This document shows positions 48,506 through 62,400 of a DNA stretch of 64,000 nucleotides, piece by piece. The notes under the pieces are model-generated. The model was not told the origin of the DNA. It searched no databases and saw only the letters and a list, made by a program, of their open reading frames with translations. The position numbers were made by a program, and so were the translations under genes. The number at the start of each line of letters is the position of its first letter. The stretch's first letter is position 1. The stretch comes from Ginglymostoma cirratum. Taxonomy: Eukaryota. The stretch lies in contig JAHRHZ010000003.1 in assembly GCA_024137785.1 (NCBI GenBank), forward strand, positions 7,959,815 to 8,023,814. The letters run 5' to 3'.

Positions 48506-50925
48506 CAGAAACAGCAAAAACACAATTATAACTTAAATGTACAGTGACTTCAAAACGTAAGGATAGCAATTTTGAAAATCCAGTGAAAAATCTTCAACAT
48601 GGACGTGACAATAAAATATTTTTAATATTAACTATAAATTCTGGATCCTTACAAAAGGTGTCTTCCTTCCACTGTTGTCTGGACTAAGAGTTCACAATCT
48701 CTGCTTGGTCACAGAAATATCCTGGTATTGCCAAAGGAACTTGTCTGAAGCAAAAATAATAGAGGAATTTTCAAAGAATATCATCTCCAACAGAGTTTCC
48801 ACAATCAATGTGCTAGTTTCAAATACATTATGAACGTGACCAGCTTCCAACACAAATGGAATAATCAGCTTAGCAAGTTCTCAGAACTATTCTTGTTTGC
48901 AAACATTTAAACAATTTAAAATTAAGTGAAATGTATTTAAGAAAAACAGAAACGTTCACGTCTCTGAAAATTTGCCAACTTCACAGAATCAACTAAGGAG
49001 CTCAAAGCATCCTTTCTAAAATCAGTTTCATTTGTTTGAAATTGGTTCCCTATCAGGTGGCAAATTTGATGCAAATAAAACAAAAGCATATCTTGGTGAT
49101 AACGATGTGAACAGCTGCATGAAGAAAACTGCACAGTTCATATAGCCAGATATATTGTTTAATTCAATTTGTTTTCCAGAAGTCATTTTAAAACCATTAT
49201 TGGATAGTGTTTGTTCCAAGATTTTATTTTCCAGCAATATGTATTCATGTTTAAGTGGCAATTTGAGCCAATTCCAAAACAAGCATTAATTCAACTCAGA
49301 TCACTACTCATACACACAACAAACTCTCATTGAGAAATGTCATAAGTATCTTGGTTGTTTTCAGTACCAGAGATTAATTGCAAACACTAGTCTATCCACA
49401 AATAAGATCCGAGATTGAACCTGGAACCTTGCTGGTCTAACGGGGCTTTCCAACCCAGTGCCTTGTGCATTTAATTCATGTGCTTACAGCGTTACCAAGT
49501 TCAAAATTCAATCCCTGCTCCTGACTTAATGACACAGAATGTACAGTAAAAAGCAGCAGGTCCTGGAACCCTATCATTCATACACTTTTCTCTGCTTGAG
49601 TCTTTTTACTAGCCAACAAGAAAAATCACTTATTAAACATTCTTGGAACCTAGACAAAATGTTTATTACATTCTGACTAACAACAGAACATGGAAAAAAA
49701 ATCACAATGAATTTCAAGCAGGCCATCATGACCACAGGTAGGTTGCTTCATTTAGTTAGCCAGGTTATCTAATGGTGTAGGATATTTTGCCTTTTAAGGC
49801 TGATACAAATTAAAAACTAATCACAAATTCTAACACTCAAATACAGCATTGTCAAGGGATCCTTCGAACAGGACAAGTCATTCAATTTGTTATCCAGTCT
49901 TCAGACAAGATGATGTACTAAATGCTAAATCAGCACATGGGTACGGGATGGTATGGAGATTTTAATACCTTGGTCCATAGGAACTCAGCTGATCTCAGTC
50001 AAGTAGGAGGTGAAGCATTACAACTGCTTTCACAAGGAGAGCAATAAGACAAATCTTCCATTTGTAATGATCATCAGTAACACTGGGTGAAAGGTGCATC
50101 AGTACAGTTAGAAAACCCAAGCTTGCTAACATCACCATGCCGAAACTCAAGAGGCTCACAGTTGTGCAAGGACTGCTTGTCATGAATTTGCATGGGAAGG
50201 AAATATTGTCAAATAATTAAAAGGTTCAGCTTTTTCTCTAACACTTGAAACAGCTCTTGAAACAAACACTTGAGACATTCAACTAGTGCACCGTGAAGAA
50301 AAATTTATCTCCAAAAGGCTGCGTTCAGTTTCCTTCAACCAACTCAAATTCTGCTTAGTGCTTAAAACGGCCCTCATTTCCACCTTCATTTTTTTTTTTT
50401 TTTAAAATTGATTCACAAAATGTGGGCATTGCTGACCACACAAGCTTTTGTGGCCCATCCCAGAATCAACCAGGTCTGGAGTTACACATAGGCCAGACCA
50501 GGAACGAATGGCTGTTTCCTTCCTCAAAGCACATCAGCCAATTATAACTGACATGGCCATCACCTCCCCCCTTGATATTTTGCTGCACTAAGTGCGTGAA
50601 GTAAGTTATTTAAATAATAACAAATGTGAGATTGAGGAAAAGATTCAGAAAGAAACACAGACTCGCATTCACACTTTTAATGGCACGAAAATGGTTACAA
50701 CAATTTTTTACATTAATCTACATACAAAGTGCTACCAAGCTATGAGACTTGTTGATAATCATTTTGGCTCAGATGGATTTAATAGATGCATGTTGCAAAT
50801 CCTGACCCAACTGTAAAAGTAACCAAGACTTGTTTTTAAAAATGGATAGCTTTATCAAAATATGATGCTGCAGCTTGACATTTTTTGTGGCTGCACACAC
50901 AACATCCAATTGTGCAAGCAAGCAA

Positions 50926-50931
50926 TTTATT
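50926..50931 (-). terminator. Possible distal BNIP3L polyadenylation signal (3'UTR about 2.5 kb)
   Basis: AATAAA on minus followed by TTGC/TG-rich sequence; a proximal AATAAA also occurs near 52925-52930. Confidence 0.4.
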
Positions 50932-53429
50932 TCACATCAGGTTTTTTGACATCTGTTGCATTCATGTTCAAAAGGTAACCACATCCACTTTTTTGTTGAT
51001 GGGGAGACCATTGGATTGATATATTAAACAGTGACCTATTAAATCCAAGTTTTCACAAGTGAAACTGATTGTTATCTCTGTGACACGCCCCTGCCACACA
51101 CATACACAAAAACAATGTGATAGCTTTGTGAGCTTTATATCACAACAGTCAATTCTACTTGATCAAGTGCGAATCCAATCCAACACACCAATCATGGCCA
51201 AAAAAGCTCTCAAAATTGTTCCTCATGATGCAACATCCAAAAGGAGAAATAAAATTTTCAGATAGGAACCTTCCTCAAAGTTGTTGAAGCAGAGCTTGAC
51301 CAGGCATTTTTCAATCTGGTGTTAACGATCTGTTCAGCATCTTCGACTGCTGTTTAGATTTCAGAATTCCAACAGCGATGGTTTTGTTTCCTTGAAAAAC
51401 TGTCCAAATATAGCCCAATCTCCTGCTCCAATTTTTGAAAAGCAGAAAACAATCATAAATAATGTAACATACATAATGGAACATGGATTTTCTACTAATT
51501 AGCCATCTCTTCCCTTCAAGTGATGGCAGTAAATTGTGCCGATCCCAAGAGTTGGGATGGATGCAGAAAAAATAATAGATATTCCTTCTACAGCAAGCTT
51601 TTCTTAACTGACAAATAGGTAATCTGATGAGGACATTTTCCTGCAAAACAGTTACTTTCAATCCAGTACATTCGTCATCAAAGATCCTTTTTAAGCCATT
51701 CTGTCTCATCATTTGTGTTTAAACTTTTAGGTATCAGGGACTGTACAAAATCAGGAGCATCTTCAGCAGTTTCACGAAAGGTGAAATTGCACTGAAGTAC
51801 ATTTTCTCTTGCATAATTCAGCATCATTTCCACATCTCATTCAATTTTCCATCAAGCCAGTGTACTGTTATTTTGCTTTTTGTGATGCCTTCATCAACCC
51901 TTTCCAGAGCGAAGATGAGGTGCAGAGTGGAGCCTTGTCTCCATTGTTTCAATCTTCCAATGCCTCTTCAGCTGCACATTGCTCTTTGTCTAGTTCTAAC
52001 CAACATGAAGGTCTCAGCAAGACTGTGAATTTAGTGAGGACATTCAGGTAACTACATGCCGTATGCACCACTAGTCAGGGATGAGAACCTTTTAGCCATC
52101 ATAAATTGGAGCTGCTAATCCCATCAAATAAGATGAACTTATTCGCAGATACTGAAAAAGCCAAGATGTCTGAAACTTCATTCAGTTCAGAAATTTTCTT
52201 TCTGTAAATAGAAGCTCCAAAGTGCATGAAGCCAAAAGCAACCAACTGAAACAAACATACAATGGAAAAAGTGTTTTGATTGTACCAATCCCCTTCCTAT
52301 TAAAGGACAACAGCCAAAGCAAGATGGTCAATTAGTTTTACCAGATTGTGCACACATCTTGTCTAAGATAGACTAAGATGATTGCATTTCAGAGATCCAG
52401 TGCAAATGGCAAATTCTCCGATGCTCGACATAATACCTTTTGGATGGCTCAAAATTCAGATTTTCATTCTAGTACAACTAATAGTCTGGGCTGAATGAGC
52501 TAACTCTTCGCTGGGAAGCTACAGCACAGACTAGCAAGACAAGTTGAAGCTGAGGAAATGAGCTTAATGATTTCCCCAATTCTAAACATGAAGTGAGAAC
52601 ATACTTGAGTTTACTGAAGCTCGCTAGAGTCAAAAAGGTTTCTAACCAAGGTTATGTGTAACTTAAAAAGCTAGAACTGCACTATCTTTGGAAATTTAAA
52701 ACAGTCAATCAAAGAATCACAAACAACTTTAGAACTCTGGTTTCTAATTTATCACCAAAAAATACCAAAGGCAAACAACTTTGCTGAGAGTATCATAACC
52801 AGAGTCCTGCTGCATGCCAACCCTCCTGGCTTGGGGAATGGGACAGAGGATTGCAAGAAAACTAATTTCTAGTTAGAGATGGAGGGAAAGTCAGATTTAA
52901 GTAAAGATTAAGAACCAAATAATTTTTATTTTTACAATCTAAAAAGAAATCTGTCACTGTACCAAACAGCCGTGTGTTATTTCAGCTCTGTTGACCTCAG
53001 ATTAAATGCTTTGCTCTTGCCAGAGAGACTGAATCGCAAACAGAAGATTCCATTGCCTACTACAGCTTTGTTGATTTAATAAGGCTGAATACTGATCCCC
53101 ACCGGTACCTGCATAGATTTTGCAATGTGATAATCTGATCCAACTAGTGGGACTGCTCCTTGCATGTGAGTGTTTGCTGGTTAAGCCAAGTATTAATTGA
53201 AACATATTCAGCTGCTGTCACATGGTACACAGAGGTCAAGAAGTCCAAGTTCAGACAAAACAATGTTCGGCCAAGGTCGTGCTCAGGTGGCCAAGCAGTT
53301 CCTTCGAAGGGAAAATCTAATACAATAGGATGTCTTGTGCTTGTGGTAGGTTTCTTTGTTCCTCCAATTCTAATGTACTGATGGAGCAGCCACAATTTCA
53401 CAGGCCATGTTGAATTCTAACTCTGGACC

Positions 53430-53478
53430 TCAGAATGTGCTTGATGACGAAGTTGTCAGTCTTTTTCCAATGTAGATC
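53430..53478 (-). CDS. BNIP3L: BNIP3L last exon, coding part ([15 protein letters not shown])
   Basis: Acceptor TTTGTTTCAG, TGA at 53432-53430, 49 nt. Confidence 0.93.
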
Positions 53479-56400
53479 CTGAAACAAAAGAGCTCAAAAT
53501 TAGGAAACCATGTTTGTCACACAAAACCAAAGCTTGCACAATGAAAATGATACATAGTTTGAGTTTATTTTAAGAATCAATGTAAACGAGTGTGACCACT
53601 TCTTCACAAAATAAATTGGAAAACACAGGAGATATGTTAGTTGAACTCCAATTGTACATTGCTGACCAAATAAAGTCATGCAACTCTGTTTAAAAACAAG
53701 GGTTGGTGAAGGCAACAACTTCTTCTGCACTGCAGATTTTCCTCCTGGAGCTGTTAGCATCAATATCAAAAACTGAAATCATGCAAATGTTGGCAGTGAT
53801 AAACACATTACAGATGTGCCATGTTAAGATATAACTAAACATGCAATTCAATCCCTGCTGAGACCCAATCTCAGTTATGCCCTCCTGTGGAGATAGCCAG
53901 CTCAAGTTTAATACTGACACAATGGAAAAAATAAAATGGTGAGAAGCTATTTACTGATTTTCTGATGAAGGGTCTAGGCCTGAAACGTCAAGCTTTCCTG
54001 TTCCTATGATGCTGCTTGGCCTGCTGTGTTCATCCAGCCCCACACTGTGTTCTCTCAGAAGCTATTTACTGCAGCCAATGTGTGAAGCCAAAGGCATAAA
54101 GGAGTTCAAAACACAGTCTGTCAAATAACATTACAAGAGTTCAAACAAACTATTTCACCTTTGGTTGTCATCACCCACTGTCAGGTCAGGTCTAAAATAT
54201 GAACATAATTCATGCTGCTCTACATGAACAATTTGCCACAACTCCGAGTTCAGAAGAATCACAGAATCAGAGATTAGAATCCTTACAGTGCAGCCCATCA
54301 AGTCTGCAATAACCCAACGAAGAGCATCCCATCCAAACCCTCTTCAAGCCCAACATATCCCCATAACTGCACACGGCCAATTGACTTAACTTGTGCAGCT
54401 TTGGATTGTGAGAGGAAACTGAAAGAAACACACACAGACTTGGGGAAAACATGCAAATTCCACACAGTCAGTCACCCAAAGCTGGAATCGAGGTGGTGCT
54501 ACGAGATAGCAGCACTAACCACTGTGCTATCATGCTGCACACTTCTGTTGTATCTTTCCTCTCGGTTACTCATAACCAGAGAATAATGTCCAATTTTAGA
54601 TGGCAGTTGGTATGTTTAAGAAATCAGACCCTATGCCTGTTTCTTTGAGAAATAGGTCATTCCAAACCCTTACAAGAAGCCAAAATAATATGGTCACAGT
54701 ATCCATCTTAACTGTTGTCAAGTTTTACAGGTGATACATCAGTGTTCTAACTCACCAAATCACTTCGAAAATTAACAGCTGTTCTAGGCAGATTACGAGT
54801 TGCATCAACCATTCTGATCACAATTCACCAACATGAATTGCAAAAACATTTTTCTTTTTATTACATTAAATCTGTTGCCTGCAGATTTGTTAATTCGGGT
54901 CTCCATTCCTTGAAGAAGCTGCTCTCATGACAGAGCATTATAGATTGCGGACACACCAAGACAAGCTCCTGTGAAGCCCAGTACTGATCCATCTCAATCA
55001 TCTCTAGTTAATAGCCATTAAAATAAGGCCATGTGTGGACATATGCAGATAAACAGCTGCAAGGATGAAGCAGCAGGTCCTCACAAATTCAAGATGCCCA
55101 AAAAAAAAAACAAAAATAAAAATTGAGCAATTGGAGACGTGGTGTTCAGCTGACGACCTGAATGATAGCAAATCACTTTGTATGCAATGTTCTCAAATTA
55201 TTAAGCCTGACATTAACAAAGCTGCTTATGGATCATGATAATGCACCAATAGTCAATCCTTGGAGTCCAATAACAAAGGATGAGCCTAAAAGCAAACGCA
55301 TTCCGTGTCACTAAATGCAGTTTAAAAAGATTTGCTCTTCAGACATTTTACAATGTTGTTGGTACATCTTTTACTTAAGTGGAATTTATCACATTACCAG
55401 TGAAATAATTTTTTACCACATGCTTAAATACAATGATCTGTAATTTTAAACTCATCAGTTTCCCATCATCAACTTGAGAGAAGCAGCATCAGCTCTGGCT
55501 ACATCAATTATTTTCCTAATCTTTCTTGCTAATTTTTCTGTTCCATGATATTATTAAACAGTTTCAATCCAGCTCCAAATGAATACACCAGGTATGCAAA
55601 GAATTACTTCCCAAACATAGTTCGTAATCCAAACTCAACAGGAGGGGTCATGGGATGGCCAGCATGTGAAGTCTTAAGTGTCGCACGAGTTTAACAAGGT
55701 ATTGTTCTTGTTTTCATTTTCGCTTTTGTTAAATGCTGCATTTAACCATCTTACCGTTGAACAAGACATGTGGAGCTCTAATCCTCCAGACCCAACTGTG
55801 ACCCATCCAAAAACCATCCACAAACAAATGATTAAAAAATTAACAGCGTTGACTTGGAGAATCACCTCTGACAAGGAACAAGGTTTCTGCATGGTTTGCC
55901 AAGATAAAAGACAAATTACCAAATTGAGTCCCACATCAAATAAACAGAGGGCAACTGCTCCAATTTAGAAAAACAGCATTTCCAATGTAATCATTGGTCC
56001 AAACAGCAGAAGTACTAGGTTAATGAGATGGAAGAAAACGTCAGTCATGAAAATGAGCAGAGGCACTATTATTAACAGCAAATGAAGATGGGAGGCCCCA
56101 GCAAGAATAGAAAAATCATACGATATTAGATTCACCCGAAAAAAGTCAGTTTGGTACAACCACAGAATGAGGAAGGCTGATAAATTTCATGGGTCCCCAC
56201 TGCTGTAGAGTGGGATGCATCTTTACTTGATCATCATTTGGAATCCTGGATTCTAAACAATGAATTGATTTTTGGTTATAAGCTTTTATGAAGGTCACTT
56301 ACTTTTTAAATGATCAGATTCATTTTTTCCCCCATTGGGTCCAAATAGCCTTCGCAGAAATCATATGATTTCTTGGAATGTGTAAAATAATACCTGAAGT

Positions 56401-59400
56401 ATCGACTAAAGAATTATGACTCAGAAACAGGTCCATTTGAAAGGAAAAGATCCCCACCAGCAGTAAGACTGGCCACATTTTGGCAGTGTCCAGGCCATCA
56501 GCGCTGGCAAGAGGTTTTAAGCTTACCCATCCAAGTAGACATGTGTGAAAGCTATCGTATGTTTCATTTAAGTTTCATATCTTTGATTGTGGACTGAAAT
56601 GTGAACAAGACTGATAAAAATGGCAATGTTTGGAGAAAGACTACTGCACTTTTTAAAAAACCAAGTTACCTGACACCCACTTGGAATATTGTGCAGCAGG
56701 AAAACCAAGTACAGCAAGTTCAAGACAAGGGCTGTGTACAGGTGGAGGTTCATCTGATAACAAGTTGATTGTCATCAATAACTGATCACTCATCCACAGA
56801 ATGAATGCTTCCTGCACGCCAAGAGTTATGCCTTTGCTTCACAAGTCGCTGAGCAGATTAGGGTGTGTCTGGGCATGTGCATGTTTTGGCAGAAACCATC
56901 AGACCTTTGGAAAAGGAGGAACTATTTTTGTTCTGCATTAAGAAGCATCTCAGACCGGAAGACAGTTTGAATCAACTTATCAGTTGCAATCAGCTGTGAC
57001 TTTTAGTTAATTAGTCAGAGACTTCTCTCAGTGTGAACCAATGAACCAATAACCACGTGCCTCTTGCAAATAAGGGACAACTGCCCTGGAGAAACAAGAT
57101 CAAGAAGCAGTGGCCTGATCAGCAAAAGGATTATTTAAGCAAACCATATGGACATGGACCATTGAAGTCCTTCCCAATCTGTCCCTAAAAACGGACCATG
57201 GATGCCTTTGGTGTCTGTCTTTATGTGTATAAATGGGGTTAATCAGAAGTTAACAGTTCTATCAGATAGTCTATAACTGTTGACCTAAAACTAGATTCTA
57301 TGTATTTGCAATACGTGGTGCCAATAATTTCCACTGGGCAAACAATCATGATGCCAGAATAGGTAGCTTGTACTCACAGGAACCCTGTCAAATCATGATA
57401 GGAGCACACTCTGAAGGAACTGCCTGGGGAATTAAATTTTCCACAGGGCACTTGCACTACAACTGGAGTCCCCCAATAGTCTGCAGTTAAACTGAAGAGT
57501 TTGGGAGGATTTCAACAAAATCCAAAAGAGTTACTCAGGAAAACTCTAAAATGCAAGTGAAATATTTAGTCTAACTTACACGTGACTATTCAGCAGACCC
57601 CAAACTACATCTCCACCAAATCACATACAGCACACACTGCACACACGGAGCACAAACCCTGCTCCCCCAGTTAGACCCAACCTTATTATCCTCCCATCAT
57701 CACAGAGGACAGGACCCAACTTGTCCAGTCTCCCCTTGTCCTCACCACCAGAACAATTTGACTCAACACAAACTAACCCACCCACGAGACCTGATGCAAC
57801 AAACCACCACCGCCCCAACGTCCAACCCAAACAGCGCAACCCAAACCAACCGGCCTCCACTGATGGCTGCTGGACCCAATCCACAACCTTGACCCAGCCC
57901 TGCCACCCCCAGCTAGATAAGACTCGCACATGAAACCCCAACAGACTTGATATCTGCCAATCACTCCGACCCGCCCAGACACACCATCACCTCCTTTGCC
58001 ATCTTTTACCTTCATGTGCTACAAACATCACATCCTATCCCCAATCCATCCGTCATCTTATCACCAGCACCATATCCACTCCCAGTTATTACCCTACAGA
58101 TCTGGCACCGTATCCCCTTATCTACTGGCCACCTACCCTCCCAGCACCCAAACATCACACTTAGCTTGCATACTTTGGCGTTGAAAGCAACTGACAGTAG
58201 CTTTCAGTACCTTTAAATGTCACAATACAGCTGACTGCTATGAAAATGGGATGTCGTTTACCTACTCTGGCATTTCCACGCTACAAAACAATTGTCAGAA
58301 CGGAAATGTGGCTTTGCATTGCTCAGAGAGAACTGAGCAAAATCTCTTCTCAGCTACGTAGAGGACCCTTCTGTATGAGCATGCCTCATTTAAAAATTTG
58401 GTCCAGGGAGTTCCTGGGTAAAGAAACCTGGGTCATGCTTTGTTGACCTGGATCTAAAGGACAAGTCAAGTGGGTAATACTGTGCACTTGTTCGAAACAT
58501 CCAACATTTTGGACAACCCTGGAAACAGAAAGGCTCGATTTTAAGCACACTATCCCAGTGAAGCAACACCGAGACTGGATAAAAGAATTTAATTTTACTT
58601 CAAGTTCTCTGAGTAAAGGTCAGTGAGTTAGCCTGTGTGTCTCTATCTTATAAAGTAACAGTCATGGAACATTGCATCTAGTGAATGTTCAAAAATCCCA
58701 TAAAAGGAAATAATTGTGAACTTTTCAGTTGAATAAAATTAAATTTCAAAGATAACAACCAGAGTCGAATATCTAGAAAGGATGCTGATGGGAGAATTGC
58801 CCGATATGTAGCCTTGTTTGCATTTCTTGACTTTTGTGCAACAACGTTGGATCGTTTGTTCTAAGTACACTGGCAGGCTAATGTGATTATTTTCAGCTAC
58901 TGACCATCAAAGCAACTAAATTTCCAAAACCAAAATTATGGTTAATCAAGCCAGTTTTTTTCTGTGGGATCAGCTTTGTTCAGCTTTACTGATTAGTTGG
59001 GATCAATAACAAAAGCTAAAACAAAAACACCAGAAATTGTGGACTAACCAATATTGCAGTCTGACTGAATAAGCATAACAACATTGTTCTGAATTAACAA
59101 GGGGTCATCATACTAAAATAAGACTTCAGAATATATGATTAAACACCTACCCAAGGCCAAGAGCCAAAATATGAGACAGAAGCAAAGATGGAAAGAAAAT
59201 CTTCAGAAATTCGGCAGAAAAAACGCCACCTTTCTTCATTGCTCCAGTCTTTCTCATACTGAGAGTGACTGAATGTTTCGGATGTTTGAAATGAAACTCC
59301 CTGGTGGAAGAATTAAAAAGAATACCATAAATAAACCAAGTGCTGTCACGTTCATTTTACATAGAACCACAGAACTCAAAGTAACCTATTTTGTTGAACT

Positions 59401-62400
59401 ATTCATAACACACGATGACAACAACGTTTCAAAGATTTCAACATTGAGTTTTGGAAATTTTGTACAGTACAAGCAAATAAACTGACAGTATTACACTAAA
59501 AGATAATACAAGGAAAAATGGCTTCATGTCTGGAAACAAATTGATAGCGAGAATTAAAAAAACTACTTGGTTTAAGATTAACTTTTGAAATATTCAAACT
59601 CGGCTTGGCTCGTGGCAGCTGGTGGTGGACTGACTCCGGATTTCACCATTTTCTTTTTCACCCAGGAAATCAGTAACAGGTTTCAACATGACATCAGGGT
59701 TTTTGGAAGTACTTTTAATTGATGCCACAGTGCTCCGTATATAAATAATGTCATTATTGGAGTCTGCAGATGTTTGCCTGCACTCCTCTTCAAGAAATTT
59801 CCTGCATTGCTCTTATTTCTGGAAGAGCAATGAGATGTTGACATGGACTAACAAATCTGTTCTTATGCTTTTGCAAATGAGCAAGATCCACACAATCGGT
59901 AAATATACTTCTTTCCCCACCCCCACCCCCAACCCATCTCGTTCAAATATCACTCAATGCAGCTTCAAAACAAGCATCAAGGTATTTTCTTGACCCCTTT
60001 TCAAAGATTCTGATCATCCTTGGCAGATAGAGAGTGAAGTTGATGTAACACTGACAATTCTGACCCCAGACAAGCTTTTATCCATGATCCGTACAAATTT
60101 AGCTCAACAGTAAATTTAGCTGAGTGGGAGCACTATAGATGTCTTCAGTAGCCTTGGCTTGGAAGGGAAAATAAGATAAACTTAGCCATCAGCACTTCTG
60201 CTGTTCAAGTCTTTCTTTTTAATGGACACACAATCAGGGCCAACAATGATGCCTCAAAAATGGAAGATTCCTAAATTAAGCTGATGGCTTCAACAGCAAA
60301 ACAGGGAGGTATACTGGCAGAATATATGAGTGGTGTAGGCCTAGCAGAAAGGCAGAAAGTTGTTCCAGTTCGTCAGAGTCAAGCACCAGAGGACACTGAA
60401 GAAGAATGGCAAAAGAAACACAAACATACAGCTCTGTTCTTAGCAATGCGTTTTTGTTCCAAATTTTACTATCAACCTATTCAAAGACAATATTACACAT
60501 CTGTGCAACAGGTGGGACTTGAACCTAGATCTTTGTTTTCTATTCATAATCAACCTATTCAGAGACGGTATAACACTTCTGAAGACAGTGAAGGAACTAT
60601 CAATCATGACTTTCAAAAGCATATCAGAAAATTATTTGGAGGAGACAAACATGCAGGGCAACGGAGACAAGGCAGCAGCATGTATCAAGCTGGGTTCTTT
60701 AGGCAGGCAATTGGCATAAACATGACTGGCAAAATGACTTTCTGATGTGTTATGCTCAATGACTTGGGATGCCTGCTCCAGATAAAATGAACAAATACAG
60801 CCACCATCATCTCGATTGATTCATTCACTTTATTGTCACGTGTACCAAAATACAGAGAAAAGCTTTTTATTTTTACAAGCTCCAGGCAGATCTCCAGGGA
60901 GATCACAGCAATCCAAAGATGTACAAATTAAAAACGACTTACATGCTTACAGGTTATAAGGCAAAGAACAACACTTGGTCTGAGCCAGAAGGACAGGTGT
61001 TTTAACCAACTAAGCCGGAGTAGCACTTTGAGCAGCACAGCATCTATGAGCAATGGGCCTGTCCCGGGGAAGCCAAATGTTTTCCACACAGACACTTGCA
61101 TGGTATCTGATTCACAGTGAACTCAATGTATTTAACAACAGATGTCTTTCACAACAGATAAAGCAATACTCACTTGGGTGGAACGTTTTCAGGTCTACTT
61201 GACCAGTCAGATATCCATTCGGCACTCCTCTTGATCATGATTTCGACGTCTTGGTCTCTTTCCAAACAATCATCTTCAGACTAGAAAAAAAGCTCAAGAG
61301 TAATTTCTGTCACCTCCCAAACATACAAGACAAACTTTTAACATTTAACATCCTCAGTTCTCAATGATAAAATTTTTCAAGAAACTAGTTAAGTGGAACT
61401 CGAGGCTATCAACTTGGGTTTAACTGAAGATAAAGAATAACCAGTAACATCAACTCTTGCAGTGTGGCAAATGAAGTTGTCCAGATCCAGGTAAAAGTCA
61501 CCTCAGGATTATGTTTATTTTTTGCATTTATTCTCTAAAACCATATTGTACACAGTCCTCCTTCTGTGGTCTCACTAACAAGCTGAAAATCTGAAGCATA
61601 ACTTCTTCCCTCCTGTATTCACTTCACTTCACTTCACTTCACAATAAACAGTAACATTTAATGAGTTTTCCTAGTTTCTTGCAGTACATGCACACTAACC
61701 TCTTGCAACTCACACTGGGACACACCGGTCTCGGTGCATTTGACAACCCTGCAATCTCACCATTTTAGTAATCTGCTTCTTCTTCATTCTTCCCGTTGAA
61801 ATGGACAACTGCAGTTTCAGACATTTTTAAACTTTTAAGATTTACAAGCAGAAGTAGCAATTTACAGAGACCATGGCAAATCTAATAATGGTTAACTCCA
61901 TTTTCCTGCCTCAACACCACAAACCTAATTCCCTTCCAAGTCTAAAAAAGTGTTCCGATCAGCCGTGGATGCACTTCACAACCCAACTTTCTACGGTGAA
62001 GAATTCTAGAGACTGAAACTTTGACAGGTGCAGCAGCTTTCTTGAAATAAGCAAAAAGACCTCTTTTGTTTCCTGCATTTCAAGGGCAGAAGTCAAAAAA
62101 AACCCATTAACTTTTAAACATCAAATTTTTCCATCATGGCATGAGCATGCAGGATGGAATCACACCCTTGCAGAGCACATAACTCATATTTCATGCATGC
62201 TTATCTGCCTTAATGAGAGTAAACTGAAAACGAACTGCAAATATTTGCACCTAATTTCTGCAGCAAGGATGCAACTGAAACATGATTTCAGTTACGTTCT
62301 AATCAATTCTATAAAGTGCCGTACCAAATCCATATTGAGTATGCTGCAGTCCACTCTAAGTCCCTGTCACTACATTTAAGTGAGGAGTTAAATGATATTT

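Noticed and set aside
59594-59818. Possible alternative BNIP3L terminal exon lacking the transmembrane helix
   Set aside because: Two candidate acceptors give different, family-unrelated peptides that end in stops; the canonical exon at 59300-59151 already completes the gene. Would need RNA evidence.
60284-60745. 153-aa plus-strand ORF with an internal QPIQR repeat, antisense in a BNIP3L intron
   Set aside because: The repeat (60471-60503 and 60549-60581) flanks a reverse B-box-like GTTCAAGTCCCACCTG and looks like SINE debris; no recognisable protein similarity.
61699-61750. Exon-like AG..GT unit between BNIP3L exons 3 and 4
   Set aside because: Poor polypyrimidine tract, no family similarity, and exons 3 and 4 already join in frame as SSQ-SE.
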